From assembly GCA_045804885.1 (NCBI GenBank), contig JBJMMH010000212.1:1-53139 (forward strand): a stretch of 53,139 nt of DNA, read 5' to 3'. The translations under genes were made by a program, and so were the position numbers. This document shows, in pieces, positions 1-9,019 of the stretch. Each line of letters starts with the position of its first letter. The first letter of the stretch is position 1. The notes beneath the pieces are model-generated. The model was not told the DNA's origin, searched no databases, and was given only the letters and a program-made list of their open reading frames with translations. This DNA comes from Chloroflexota bacterium (GTDB lineage: Bacteria; Chloroflexota; Limnocylindria; Limnocylindrales; CSP1-4).

Positions 1-242
1 CGTCGGGGTCTGGCCGGGATCACCAACCTCGCGACCATCAGCTCGGGCCCGGGCCCGGGTTCCCCGCGGCGTTCAGGTCCCCACCGCGTCCTCGCTGCCG
101 CCGCCGTCCCAGGCCGGCGCCGGCCCTGCGAGACCCGGCCCGGCCGTCGTCGGGGCACGGCATCGTCTGGGCGCGGCTCGACGGCGGCACCGTTCGGATC
201 CTGTCCGGCGAGTGCGGCGGGGCAGCGGCACCCAGCGGCCGC

Positions 243-626
243 CTAGGACGCCTCGCGCGTCTGGATCAGCGACAGGATGTTGCCGGCCGGATCCTTGAAC
301 CAGGCGATCGGCGGCGGGTACTCGCGGGCGATCCCCTTCGCGTCCTGCCCGAGCCCCTCATAGCGCTCGAACGTGACGCCCTTCGCGGTCAGCTCGTCGA
401 CTGCCGCGTCGATATCGTCGACCTCGAAGTTCAGGACTGTGAACGTCGCCGGCTGATGGTCCGGCTTGGGATAGACGAGCACCCGCTGGCCGCCGGCGAG
501 CGCGAGGTTGAGCATCCCGTGGTCCTCGGTCGCCTCGACGCCGAGCGTCTCGGCGTAGAAGGCGCGCTCCGCTGCAATGTCGGTTGCGGAGAAGCCTGAG
601 AAGGCGGGATTGTCCTTGATCGCCAC
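243..626 (-). CDS. VOC (glyoxalase/bleomycin-resistance/dioxygenase) family protein
   Basis: 127-aa ORF. The start is GTG (626..624) with GGAGG about 6 nt upstream (633..637 on the + strand). The sequence is VOC-like (FYAETLGVE..., ...[13 protein letters not shown]). Confidence 0.8.
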   Translation of the reverse strand: MAIKDNPAFSGFSATDIAAERAFYAETLGVEATEDHGMLNLALAGGQRVLVYPKPDHQPATFTVLNFEVDDIDAAVDELTAKGVTFERYEGLGQDAKGIAREYPPPIAWFKDPAGNILSLIQTREAS

Positions 627-722
627 GTGTCACCTCCGCGAGCAGTCCGTGCACCGACGTTCGCCGGGCCGTTGCTTCTTCCGACCGCTCGCCCGACCTT
701 GAATCATCGGCCGGCGCCGGAC

Positions 723-2918
723 CTAGGGCTCCGCGCCGCTCACGGCCTCGCGCCCGAGGATCGGAGGCGTCACCGGCGGCGACGTGCTCAGCACGCCTAC
801 CGGCGGGAGGATCGCCTGCGCCCCCTCCGGGTCGAACAGGTGGATCACGGTCCGCCAGGTCCGGGTCATGATCGCGAGGATCGGCACGATCATGACCATC
901 CCCAGGATCCCGCCGATTGCCGCGCCGGCCGGCGCGGCGAGGAGGACCACGGCGGGGTGGAGGCTGACCGTCTTGCCGTAGACGAGTGGCGCGACGACGT
1001 TGCCCTGAACGATGTTGAAGACGATCGTGAAGATCCCCATGAGGACGATGTCGATCGGGTCGCCGACCGCGACCGCGACGAGGAAGCCGATCAGCGTGAC
1101 GATCAAGCTGCCGATGTATGGGATGAACCCGCCGAAGAACATCAGGACGCTGATCGGGAACGCCAACGGCAACCCGAGGACCGCCATGGTCAGGAACTGG
1201 AGGATCGCGCCGGCCAGTGACGTCAGGGCCGTCCCGATCATCGTGCCGCGCAGGATGTCGACCGCCTGAACGCCCGTCCAGTCGACGCGGTCCCGTCGGT
1301 TCTCGGGCAGGCGCGCGACGATCCGACTCCACCACGACCTGCCATCGCGCAGGAAGAAGAAGATCAGCAGGATCGACAGGGCGAGCACGATCGTGACCGA
1401 GAGGGCGCCGGTGACGATCGCGGTCACCGTACCGATCAGCCCATCGCCGAAGACCTGGACGATGTCGGAGGGCGTCGCGCCCAGACCCAGCTTCGACGCC
1501 CCGATCTCCGTGGTGCCGACGACCTCCGGGAGCGATTGGGCCAGGGACGCGACCGTCAGCACGAAGAGCGCCACGACGATCGCGATGCTCGCGACGGTGA
1601 CCCCGGCTGCCGCCAGCGTCGGCGACGCGCCCCGCTGGCGCATGACCTCGACCACCGGCGCGAGCGTCGCTGCGAGGATCAGCGCGAGGACGACCGGGGC
1701 GGTGAAGAACGGCTGGATGACGACCTGGACGAGCAGCCAGCCCAGCCCGATGACGACGAGTAGTCGCCAGCTCCACTGCCCGAGGCGATCGAGCCAGATG
1801 GGAACCAGGGCGCCCGGCGGCTCCTCGCGCCGGGCGGTTCCGAGGCTCTGGATGATCGCCGGCAGGAACGCGACGACGGCAACCACGATCGGCACCGCGG
1901 CGAACAGCCCGAGCGGACCCAGCAGGATCGCGCCGGTCGGGACTGCCACGACGGCGAGGGCCGCGGGGATCCGGGTATGGGGGCCGTAGGCGAGCGGTGC
2001 GAGGTAGCGCTGCTCGATGACGTTCATCACCGCGATCAGTGCGAGCAGCACGGCCGCGGAGAGCGCGCCTTTCGTCGCGAGCGCCACGAGCGCCAGGGCA
2101 CTGACAGTCACGATGCCGCCGAGGTACGGGATGAACCCGCCGATGAACACGATGACCGCAAGCGGCCCTGCGAACGGGATGCCGAGCACCGTAAGGAACA
2201 CGAAGGCGGAGAACGCGTCCACCGTCGCGAGCACGGCCGTCCCGCGGAGGTAGCCGCCGAACTGTTCCAGGGCCAGCTCGCCGCGGCGGGTCAGCTCGAG
2301 CTGGCGCCAGTCGTCGAGCTGGCTCGTGGCGCTCTCCCAGGCATGATCGCCATCCGCGAGGAGGTAGAACGTCAGGAAGCCGCCGAGGATCAGGATCGTC
2401 ACGAACGTGGCGATGGGATCGACGAGATCGCTGATGGCCGACAGCACGATCGCCTGGAAGTCGGTCACCGCCCGGTCGAGGGCGCGCAGCACCGGATCCG
2501 GGACGCTCAGCGCCGTCAGCTCCGAGCTCAGCGTATCGATGCCCTGCGAGATCAACCGCAGGAGATCGGCAACGTAGGGCACGAAGGCGATGATGATGAG
2601 CGCGATCGTCACGACGACGAAGATCAGGGCGAGGACGCTCACCGCCACCGCGGCCCGCGTCCGGGGCCAGCCGCGAGCCTCGAGACGCTGGACGAGCGGG
2701 TAAACGGTCGCGGTGACGACGAGCCCGACGAGGATCGCCCCGGTCACGGTCGTCAGCGAGATGACGACCGCGAGGATCGCGACGGCGAGCGCGACCGTCA
2801 CGAGCACGCGCCAGCCGATCGCGGCGAGACGCATCAACCAGCCGGGCACGAGATTCGTGCCGCCCGCGTCGGGCGGCGTGATCGTGGGCTGCGGCTCGGA
2901 TGTGACGGCGTCGGTCAT
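723..2918 (-). CDS. AI-2E (PerM/YhhT) family transporter, tandem two-domain fusion
   Basis: 731-aa multi-TM ORF. It has two consecutive halves of about 340 aa, each carrying the AI-2E-type segment (FIGGFIPYLGG in half 1, FFGGFIPYIGS in half 2). Confidence 0.85.
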   Translation of the reverse strand: MTDAVTSEPQPTITPPDAGGTNLVPGWLMRLAAIGWRVLVTVALAVAILAVVISLTTVTGAILVGLVVTATVYPLVQRLEARGWPRTRAAVAVSVLALIFVVVTIALIIIAFVPYVADLLRLISQGIDTLSSELTALSVPDPVLRALDRAVTDFQAIVLSAISDLVDPIATFVTILILGGFLTFYLLADGDHAWESATSQLDDWRQLELTRRGELALEQFGGYLRGTAVLATVDAFSAFVFLTVLGIPFAGPLAVIVFIGGFIPYLGGIVTVSALALVALATKGALSAAVLLALIAVMNVIEQRYLAPLAYGPHTRIPAALAVVAVPTGAILLGPLGLFAAVPIVVAVVAFLPAIIQSLGTARREEPPGALVPIWLDRLGQWSWRLLVVIGLGWLLVQVVIQPFFTAPVVLALILAATLAPVVEVMRQRGASPTLAAAGVTVASIAIVVALFVLTVASLAQSLPEVVGTTEIGASKLGLGATPSDIVQVFGDGLIGTVTAIVTGALSVTIVLALSILLIFFFLRDGRSWWSRIVARLPENRRDRVDWTGVQAVDILRGTMIGTALTSLAGAILQFLTMAVLGLPLAFPISVLMFFGGFIPYIGSLIVTLIGFLVAVAVGDPIDIVLMGIFTIVFNIVQGNVVAPLVYGKTVSLHPAVVLLAAPAGAAIGGILGMVMIVPILAIMTRTWRTVIHLFDPEGAQAILPPVGVLSTSPPVTPPILGREAVSGAEP

Positions 2919-2991
2919 CGCGCGCCTCCATCATGCGGGCTCCGGGCAAGGCGGCACACCCCACGAGACTGCGATCTGCCACGCTGAAGGG

Positions 2992-3750
2992 ATGCCGCCG
3001 CACGATTCGACGGATCCGCGAGGCGACCGACGGCCGCGGCGACTGCCGCTCTCTCACCGGCGGGCCTTCGTCGCCCATCACACCAGGCTCCGGCCGGTCG
3101 CGGGGGTCGAGGGCATCCGGCTCCACCTTGCCGACGATGCCGCGCAGGTCTGGCAGGCGACCGAGGAGGCGACCGGCACCACCAGCGCCCCGATCCCGTT
3201 CTGGGCCTTCGCGTGGGCCGGCGGGCTCGCCCTCGCCCGCTACCTCGCGGATCGGCCTGCGGACGTTCGCGACCGCCGCGTGCTCGACTTCGCGACCGGC
3301 AGCGGACTGGTCGCGATCGCAGCTGCGAAGGCCGGAGCCAGCGCGGTCATCGCCGCCGACATCGACCCGTTCGCCGAGGCGGCGGTCGAGCTAAACGCCC
3401 GGGCCAACCGGATCCGGGTCGAGTTCGTCGGGCGGGACCTCCTGGCCGAGACACCGCCGGCCGACGTCGACGTGCTCCTCGCCGGCGACACCTGGTACGA
3501 GGGTCCGTTCGCCGAGCGCGTCCAGCCGTGGCTCCGGGCCGCGGCCGACAGCGGGATCCGGGTTCTCGTCGGCGACCCGGGCCGGCGCTACCTGCCGGCG
3601 GAGGGCCTGACGGAGATCGCCGCATACGAGGTCGAGACGACGACGCAGCTCGAGGACCGGGCCGTCGTCGTAGCGCGCGTCTTCGAGATCGATCCATCCG
3701 CCGAGTCACGCTACCAGCGTTCTGTCAGCCCGCCGGCCGGGCCTCGGTAG
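2992..3750 (+). CDS. Class I SAM-dependent methyltransferase, METTL20/ETF-beta lysine methyltransferase-like
   Basis: ATG 2992 was chosen because the upstream part of the 2713 ORF overlaps the AI-2E gene. SAM motif I is VLDFATGSGLVAIAAAKAGA, followed by DIDP. PFWAFAWAGGLALARYL and LAGDTWYE...VLVGDPGR resemble the METTL20 family as I recall it. Confidence 0.7.
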   Translation: MPPHDSTDPRGDRRPRRLPLSHRRAFVAHHTRLRPVAGVEGIRLHLADDAAQVWQATEEATGTTSAPIPFWAFAWAGGLALARYLADRPADVRDRRVLDFATGSGLVAIAAAKAGASAVIAADIDPFAEAAVELNARANRIRVEFVGRDLLAETPPADVDVLLAGDTWYEGPFAERVQPWLRAAADSGIRVLVGDPGRRYLPAEGLTEIAAYEVETTTQLEDRAVVVARVFEIDPSAESRYQRSVSPPAGPR

Positions 3751-3828
3751 GTGGCGCGAGGCTCTCGGCGGCCAGCGGCGGCGTATCTCACCGGCCGGTC
3801 CCAATCGACTCGGCGGCTGGAGCTACTC

Positions 3829-3847
3829 GGCCGGGTCTGTCCCGGCC
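3829..3847 (+). terminator. Stem-loop downstream of the methyltransferase gene (GGCCGGG-tctgt-CCCGGCC, then TTCT)
   Basis: Perfect 7-bp GC stem with a 5-nt loop, about 80 nt after the stop at 3750 and followed by a short T-containing tract. It lies upstream of galT. Confidence 0.4.
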
Positions 3848-3893
3848 TTCTGCGCGTCCAGCAGGCGGCGCTCGTCGATATGCTCGTCGACGA

Positions 3894-4937
3894 ATGAGCG
3901 ACGTGATCGATCCAGCGGCACTCGAGGCCGCCCATCGGCGCTATAACCCGCTGGCGGACGAATGGGTCCTCGTCGCCGCGGGTCGGAGCCAGCGGCCGTG
4001 GCAGGGGAGCGAGGAGCCGCCGCCGGCGGCGCGCCAGCCGCGCTATGACGCCGCCTGCTATCTCTGCCCCGGCAATGCCCGCGCGAGTGGCGACGTCAAC
4101 CCGACGTACACGGATTCGTTCGTCTTCACGAACGATTTCGCGGCGCTCTCGCCAGAGGCAGGTGACGCAGTGCGCGAGGACGGTCTGTTGCTCGCTGCTG
4201 CCGAGGCCGGCACGTGCCACGTGATCTGCTTCTCGCCGCGCCACGACCTGTCGCTCGGTTCGATGGATATCGCAGACGTCCGCCGGGTCGTCGACGTCTG
4301 GGCCGAAGAGACGGCCGCGTTAGGCGAGCTATATCGGTGGGTCCAGGTATTCGAGAACCGCGGCGCGGCGATGGGCGCCTCGAATCCGCACCCGCACGGG
4401 CAGGTCTGGGCGGGGACGGCGCTGCCGACCTACGCCGCGAGGGAAGACGCGACGCAACGGCGGCACCGCTCTGAACGCGGCTCGAGCCTCCTCGTGGACT
4501 ACCTCGACCAGGAGGCAGACGGGCCACGGGTTGTCACCATCAGCGAGCTGTGGGCAGTCGTCGTGCCGTTCTGGGCCGTTTGGCCGTTCGAGACGCTCAT
4601 CGTTCCGCGGGCGCGGTCCGCTCGTCTCCCAGACCTGTCGCCGGCCGCCCGCGACGACCTCGCGGCGACGCTCCTGCGCCTCATCGCCGGCTACGACCGA
4701 CTCTTCGACCGGCCGTTCCCGTACTCCATGGGCTGGCACCAGGCGCCGTTCCCGGCGCGCGGCCCCGGAGGTGCGGCCGACGAGCACTGGCAGCTCCACG
4801 GCCATGTCTATCCACCGCTGCTTCGGGACTCGGTCCGCAAGTTCATGGTCGGCTACGAGTTGCTCGCCGAGCCGCAGCGCGACCTGACGCCCGAGGACGC
4901 GGCCGCTCGCCTGCGGGCAGCGGTGGAGCGCGGGTGA
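3894..4937 (+). CDS. galT: Galactose-1-phosphate uridylyltransferase
   Basis: CYLCPGN zinc motif and the NPHPHGQVW His-Pro-His active site. ATG 3894 was chosen. The 227 in-frame codons upstream (ORF from 3213) are Arg-rich and overlap the methyltransferase gene. Confidence 0.9.
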   Translation: MSDVIDPAALEAAHRRYNPLADEWVLVAAGRSQRPWQGSEEPPPAARQPRYDAACYLCPGNARASGDVNPTYTDSFVFTNDFAALSPEAGDAVREDGLLLAAAEAGTCHVICFSPRHDLSLGSMDIADVRRVVDVWAEETAALGELYRWVQVFENRGAAMGASNPHPHGQVWAGTALPTYAAREDATQRRHRSERGSSLLVDYLDQEADGPRVVTISELWAVVVPFWAVWPFETLIVPRARSARLPDLSPAARDDLAATLLRLIAGYDRLFDRPFPYSMGWHQAPFPARGPGGAADEHWQLHGHVYPPLLRDSVRKFMVGYELLAEPQRDLTPEDAAARLRAAVERG

Positions 4938-6142
4938 CCGACGGCCGACCGGACGCGGGGGGGCTGGACCCGGAGCGGCTAGCGGCGCTGCTCGACGGAC
5001 TCCCCGGGCTGCCTGATGGCCCGACGGTCATCGCCCGCGCTCCCGGCCGCGTGAACCTGATCGGCGAGCACACCGACTACAACGAGGGCTTCGTGCTGCC
5101 TGCCGCAATCGACCTCGAAACGTGGATCGCGTTCCGGGCGACCGCTGACAGCCGGGTCGATCTCACGCTCGCTTCGAGCGGCGAGCGGCAGGCCTTCGAT
5201 CTCAGGGCGATCGGTGGGCGGCGTCGGTCGTGGATCGACTACGTCGCCGGGGTCGCGCGGGAGCTCGTCGGCGCCGGCCTTCCCGTGCGTGGGCTGCGCG
5301 GTGTCGTTGCGGGCACGCTGCCGCTGTCAGCCGGCTTGTCGTCGTCCGCCGCGCTCGAGCTCGCCGCCGCGTGGGCGATGCTCGACCTGCCCCCGGCGGC
5401 GCCGGACGCTCCTGATCCGATGATGCTGGCCCGCCTCGCCCAGCGGGCCGAGAACGAATACGTCGGCGTGCAATGCGGGCTGATGGATCAGTTCGCGAGC
5501 GCGACCGGCCGGCGCGGCGACGCGCTGCTGCTCGACTGCCGCTCGCTCGAGTGGCACGGCGTGGCTCTGCCGCTCACGGGCCATGCGCTGGTGGTCTGCC
5601 ACACGGGCTCCTCGCGGCGGCTCGAGGCTTCCGAGTACAACGAGAGGCGAGCACAGTGCGAAGCGGCCGTCGCGGCGATCGCGCGCCGCCGCCCGGCCGT
5701 CCGCTCGCTTCGTGACGTTGACGCCGCGATGCTCGCCGACGTTGCGGACGACCTCGACGAGGTCACCCTCCGTCGCTGCCGCCACGTCGTCGAAGAGAAC
5801 ACCCGCGTCCTCGGGACCGTGACGGCCCTCGAGTCCGGGGACCTCGCGACCGTCGGCCGTCTCTGGTCCGCCAGCCACGCCTCGCTGCGCGACCTGTACG
5901 AGGTGAGCTCGACGGAGCTCGACGCGCTTGTCGACATCGCCACCGCGACGCCGGGGGTGGTCGCCGCGCGGATGACCGGGGCCGGCTTCGGCGGCTGCAC
6001 GGTGAACCTCGTCCGGCGCGATGCCGTCGATCACCTTCGGGGCCGTGTGTCGGACGAGTACCGCCACCGCACCGGCCGAACCGCGACGATCTACGAGGTC
6101 GAGCCGGCGATCCGTGCCGGGTTGCTGGACGGTGGCGACTGA
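4934..6142 (+). CDS. galK: Galactokinase
   Basis: Galactokinase signature GRVNLIGEHTDYNEGFVLPAAI and GHMP motif GLSSSAALE. GTG 4934 overlaps the galT stop (GTGA). Confidence 0.9.
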   Translation: MTDGRPDAGGLDPERLAALLDGLPGLPDGPTVIARAPGRVNLIGEHTDYNEGFVLPAAIDLETWIAFRATADSRVDLTLASSGERQAFDLRAIGGRRRSWIDYVAGVARELVGAGLPVRGLRGVVAGTLPLSAGLSSSAALELAAAWAMLDLPPAAPDAPDPMMLARLAQRAENEYVGVQCGLMDQFASATGRRGDALLLDCRSLEWHGVALPLTGHALVVCHTGSSRRLEASEYNERRAQCEAAVAAIARRRPAVRSLRDVDAAMLADVADDLDEVTLRRCRHVVEENTRVLGTVTALESGDLATVGRLWSASHASLRDLYEVSSTELDALVDIATATPGVVAARMTGAGFGGCTVNLVRRDAVDHLRGRVSDEYRHRTGRTATIYEVEPAIRAGLLDGGD

Positions 6143-6151
6143 CGGGTCGCC

Positions 6152-6925
6152 TCACTCCTGCCGCGAGCGACCGGTCTCCGCGCGAGTCTCGACGAGCAGC
6201 AGCTCCGCCCCGGAATCGCCGGCCAGCACGGTCAGCTCGGGCTCGCCCTCGACCTTGGCGGCGCCAGCTTCGTCGACCGAGCCCGCGTCGATGCCGGCGG
6301 CAGTTGCCAGCGCGGCCGCGCCATGGACGGCGAAGAGATAGCCGTTGAATGCCGGCCGGAAGCGATGGGTCAGCGTCGCGCCAGGATCGAGAAGCGTCGC
6401 GTAGACGGCCGCATCCTGGTGGACCGTCACCGCGTCCGGGCTGGACGGCGCGCCATCGCCGCCGTAGCCCTCGGCGGGCACCACCACGGCCAGCCAGCGA
6501 CCGCGCCGCAGATCGGCGGGGAACTCACGCTGCTCGATCGAGGGCTCGAGCCCCCGCTCCGACGGGACGATCCACATCTGGATGAAGCGCATCGGCTCCG
6601 AAGTGGAGTGGTTGCCCTCGGAGTGCTGCATCCCGGATCCGAGCGTTGCCCGCTGGACGGAGCCCGGCGGCAGGATTCCGCCGTTGCCGCGGGAGTCGGC
6701 ATGCTCGAACATCCCCTCGGCGACGTAGGTGATGCCCTCGATGTCGCGGTGGGGATGCATCGGCCAGACGGCACCGGGGACGAGCGTGTCGTCGTTGAAC
6801 ACCCGGAGATCGCCGAACCAGGTGTTCGCGGGGTCGTAGTAGTCGTCGAAGCTGAAGTGCCAGTTGGCCCGGAACCAGCCGCCCTCTTTGTGGTGGATGG
6901 TGGCGCGAGGTCGAACCGTGATCAT
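6152..6925 (-). CDS. Pirin family protein
   Basis: 257-aa ORF with the cupin metal motif HPHRDIEGITYV...E and a pirin-like two-barrel length. Confidence 0.85.
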   Translation of the reverse strand: MITVRPRATIHHKEGGWFRANWHFSFDDYYDPANTWFGDLRVFNDDTLVPGAVWPMHPHRDIEGITYVAEGMFEHADSRGNGGILPPGSVQRATLGSGMQHSEGNHSTSEPMRFIQMWIVPSERGLEPSIEQREFPADLRRGRWLAVVVPAEGYGGDGAPSSPDAVTVHQDAAVYATLLDPGATLTHRFRPAFNGYLFAVHGAAALATAAGIDAGSVDEAGAAKVEGEPELTVLAGDSGAELLLVETRAETGRSRQE

Positions 6926-6948
6926 CGACGCAGCCTACGCTTCCGGCA

Positions 6949-7476
6949 GTGACCGATAATCCCGTCATGGCCGGCCCGATCCCACCGCCGACGACGACGC
7001 CCCTCCCCGAGCTTCCCGCGCATCCCTATGCAGCGGAGCTGGAAGCGGAGCGGCGCGGCTGGTACGAGCTCTTCGAGCTGGTCCGGAGCCTTTCCCCGGA
7101 CGAGTGCCTCGAGCCGGGCTACTACCGCGACCCTGACTGGAGCGTGCGCGACGCCGTCGCGCACCTCGGCACATGGCTCGCAGAAGCCCAGCGCCAGCTC
7201 GAGCGGCTCGAAGCCGGGACGTATGCCGGCCACGACATCGACATCGACGCGCTCAACGCCCAATTCCTCGCCGCGATGGCTGGCCAGCCGTGGCGGATCG
7301 CGTGGATCCAGGCGAACGCCGCCCGGACGCGGATGGTCCAGGTCTGGTTCGAGCAGACGGAGCCGGACGACGAGGCCGCGTGGTGGATCCGGAAGGCCGG
7401 CGGCGACCACTACGCGGAGCACCTCCTGCGACTGCGCGAGTGGGTCGCCGAGTTGCTGGCTCGCCGCCGCGGATAG
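6949..7476 (+). CDS. DinB/mycothiol-dependent maleylpyruvate isomerase N-terminal-like four-helix-bundle protein
   Basis: 175-aa ORF with a GTG start (alternative ATG at 6967). Contains the DAVAHLGTW... and ...GDHYAEHL histidine-bearing helices typical of DinB-like folds. Confidence 0.6.
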   Translation: MTDNPVMAGPIPPPTTTPLPELPAHPYAAELEAERRGWYELFELVRSLSPDECLEPGYYRDPDWSVRDAVAHLGTWLAEAQRQLERLEAGTYAGHDIDIDALNAQFLAAMAGQPWRIAWIQANAARTRMVQVWFEQTEPDDEAAWWIRKAGGDHYAEHLLRLREWVAELLARRRG

Positions 7477-7489
7477 GGGCAGCCGAGCC

Positions 7490-8395
7490 TCAGACGCGGC
7501 GATCCTTGCCGAACGCGGCGAGCCGGTCGGCCGACGGGATCACGTAGTACGCGCCAGTCACCGGTCGCGCGAACCGCGTGAGCGAATCCGCCGGTTCCGC
7601 TGGAGACAGGTTGCCGATCATGCTCTCGAGCATCGTCGCGAGGATCTGTTGGTCCGCGGCGAACCCGACGAAGATCGTCCCGTGTTCCTCGATCGTTCCG
7701 TAAGCGATATTGCGGCGGAAGATCCGGCCGAAGACGTCCTGGTCGGTCCGGGCGACATGCGAATCCTGCGGCTTCGGGTCGAGCTCGGCGCCGTCGCCCT
7801 TGCGCCGGCCCATGACCGCTTCCTGCGTTTCGACGGGCAGAGATTCCCAACCGATCGCGTCGTGCTGCCACTGTTGGAGCAGCAGGACGGAGCCGCCGCC
7901 GGACGGCCGGCCTTCGCCGATGACGGCGACGCGCATGGCGTCGACGAGGGTGGGGTTCTCCGTCCCGTCGATGAATCCGGTGAGGTCGCGGTCATGGTGA
8001 TATGGCCAGCCGACGATCTCGTTCGCGAGCCGGACGGCTCCGTCGAGCTCCGTGATCACGCCGCGCGACAGGTCGAACACGACGTCGTACGAGGCGCCCG
8101 TGAGCCAGATGACGACGTCGTGCTGGGTCGCGGGAAAGGTGTAGCCGTCGCGGCCGACGAGCGGTTGGTTGAAGCCGGTGACGCCATCGGCCGCCGCGTC
8201 GGGGGCGGCCGCGGCCCAGAGCTCGGGCCGGAACCCCGCCACGAGATTGACACCGCCGATCGTTGTCCGCGGCTCACGCAACGATGCGACTCGCTCGACG
8301 GCAGCGGCAGCATCGACCGAGGCGCCCAGATCGAACTCGAGGTAGGCGTGAGAGCTCGTGCCGAGGGCGAAGATGCCGGGCTGCGGTTCAGGCAT
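7490..8395 (-). CDS. Dye-decolorizing (DyP-type) peroxidase
   Basis: 301-aa ORF with the FIDGTENP (GxxDG) DyP signature and a YfeX/EfeB-like N-terminus (PQPGIF). GGAGG is upstream of the ATG. Confidence 0.85.
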   Translation of the reverse strand: MPEPQPGIFALGTSSHAYLEFDLGASVDAAAAVERVASLREPRTTIGGVNLVAGFRPELWAAAAPDAAADGVTGFNQPLVGRDGYTFPATQHDVVIWLTGASYDVVFDLSRGVITELDGAVRLANEIVGWPYHHDRDLTGFIDGTENPTLVDAMRVAVIGEGRPSGGGSVLLLQQWQHDAIGWESLPVETQEAVMGRRKGDGAELDPKPQDSHVARTDQDVFGRIFRRNIAYGTIEEHGTIFVGFAADQQILATMLESMIGNLSPAEPADSLTRFARPVTGAYYVIPSADRLAAFGKDRRV

Positions 8396-8477
8396 GGGAT
8401 CTGCCTCCGACGCGCATCATGACCGACGACGTCCGAGCGCGAGCACTGCTCGCTCCCAACGAACCGAGGTCCGCCCG

Positions 8478-8984
8478 ATGCCCGAGGAGGCCCGCCCCAC
8501 GCCCCGCGTCGACCGTCCCGAGATTCCCGCCGAGTACGGCATCGGCAAGGCGACCGAGCACGTTGATTGGTCGCACGTCGTGGAGCGGCTCGACGCGGCG
8601 CGGGTCTACTGGATCGCGACAGTCGGGCCGGACGGGCGGCCGCACGTTCGACCGGTCGACGGGATGGTCGTCGACGGCGTGATCTACGTCGGCGGGAGCC
8701 CGGCGACGCGCTGGGTCCGCGATCTCGCCGCGAACGCCCACGTGTCCGTCCACCTCGACACGCTCGACGGTGACGTGGTCATCGTCGAAGGCGAGGCGGA
8801 GATTCTCGCATCCAACAGCGACGCCTTCGCGGAGCGGATGGCCGCCGCGTCGAAGGCGAAGTACCCGGAGTACGGAATGACCGCCGCGAGCTTCAAGGGG
8901 CCGGGCCCCATCGCGATCCGGCCACGGAAGGTCGTCGCGTGGACGAACTTCATGAAGAACCCGACGCGCTTCCGCTTCGATTGA
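8478..8984 (+). CDS. Pyridoxamine 5'-phosphate oxidase-like (split-barrel flavin/deazaflavin) family protein
   Basis: ATG 8478 was chosen because the upstream part of the 8358 ORF overlaps the DyP gene start. Segments VYWIATVGPDGRPHVRPV... and VHLD... are typical of PNPOx-like proteins. Confidence 0.75.
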   Translation: MPEEARPTPRVDRPEIPAEYGIGKATEHVDWSHVVERLDAARVYWIATVGPDGRPHVRPVDGMVVDGVIYVGGSPATRWVRDLAANAHVSVHLDTLDGDVVIVEGEAEILASNSDAFAERMAAASKAKYPEYGMTAASFKGPGPIAIRPRKVVAWTNFMKNPTRFRFD

Positions 8985-8990
8985 CCGCCC

Positions 8991-9011
8991 CGGCGCGGCG
9001 ATCCCGCGCCG
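8991..9011. terminator. Bidirectional stem-loop between convergent genes (CGGCGCGG-cgatc-CCGCGCCG)
   Basis: Perfect 8-bp GC stem with a 5-nt loop, located between the stops at 8984 (+) and 9020 (-). There is no U-tract. Confidence 0.45.
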
Positions 9012-9019
9012 CCGCCGAC

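Noticed and set aside
1-242. Possible 3' end of a plus-strand gene (frame 1 is open to the TAG at 244..246), or 5' end of a minus-strand gene (ATG at 38..36), at the left edge.
   Set aside because: All three plus frames are open and none gives a convincing protein-like sequence. The fragment is too short to decide, so it is left unannotated.
358-3126. Very long ORFs rich in Arg/Pro/Gly/Ala that overlap better-supported genes in other frames or antisense. Examples: 358..3126 (-), 8388..9269 (-), 8939..10636 (+), 18088..20178 (-), 35803..38238 (-), 47877..50141 (-), 48281..50548 (+).
   Set aside because: These are typical stop-codon-poor shadow frames of about 70% GC DNA. Their translations are low-complexity and have no recognisable motifs. 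In every case the overlapping frame encodes a protein with clear family signatures.
3213-4937. N-terminally extended versions of real genes as given by the ORF track. Examples: 574-aa 'GalT', 530-aa 'GalK', 753-aa kinase, 669-aa dehydrogenase, 677-aa glycosyltransferase, 810-aa UvrA-like.
   Set aside because: The extensions are Arg-rich, overlap the preceding gene and lack homology-like sequence. Internal ATG/GTG starts coincide with the upstream stop codons (ATGA/GTGA coupling) or with Shine-Dalgarno motifs.
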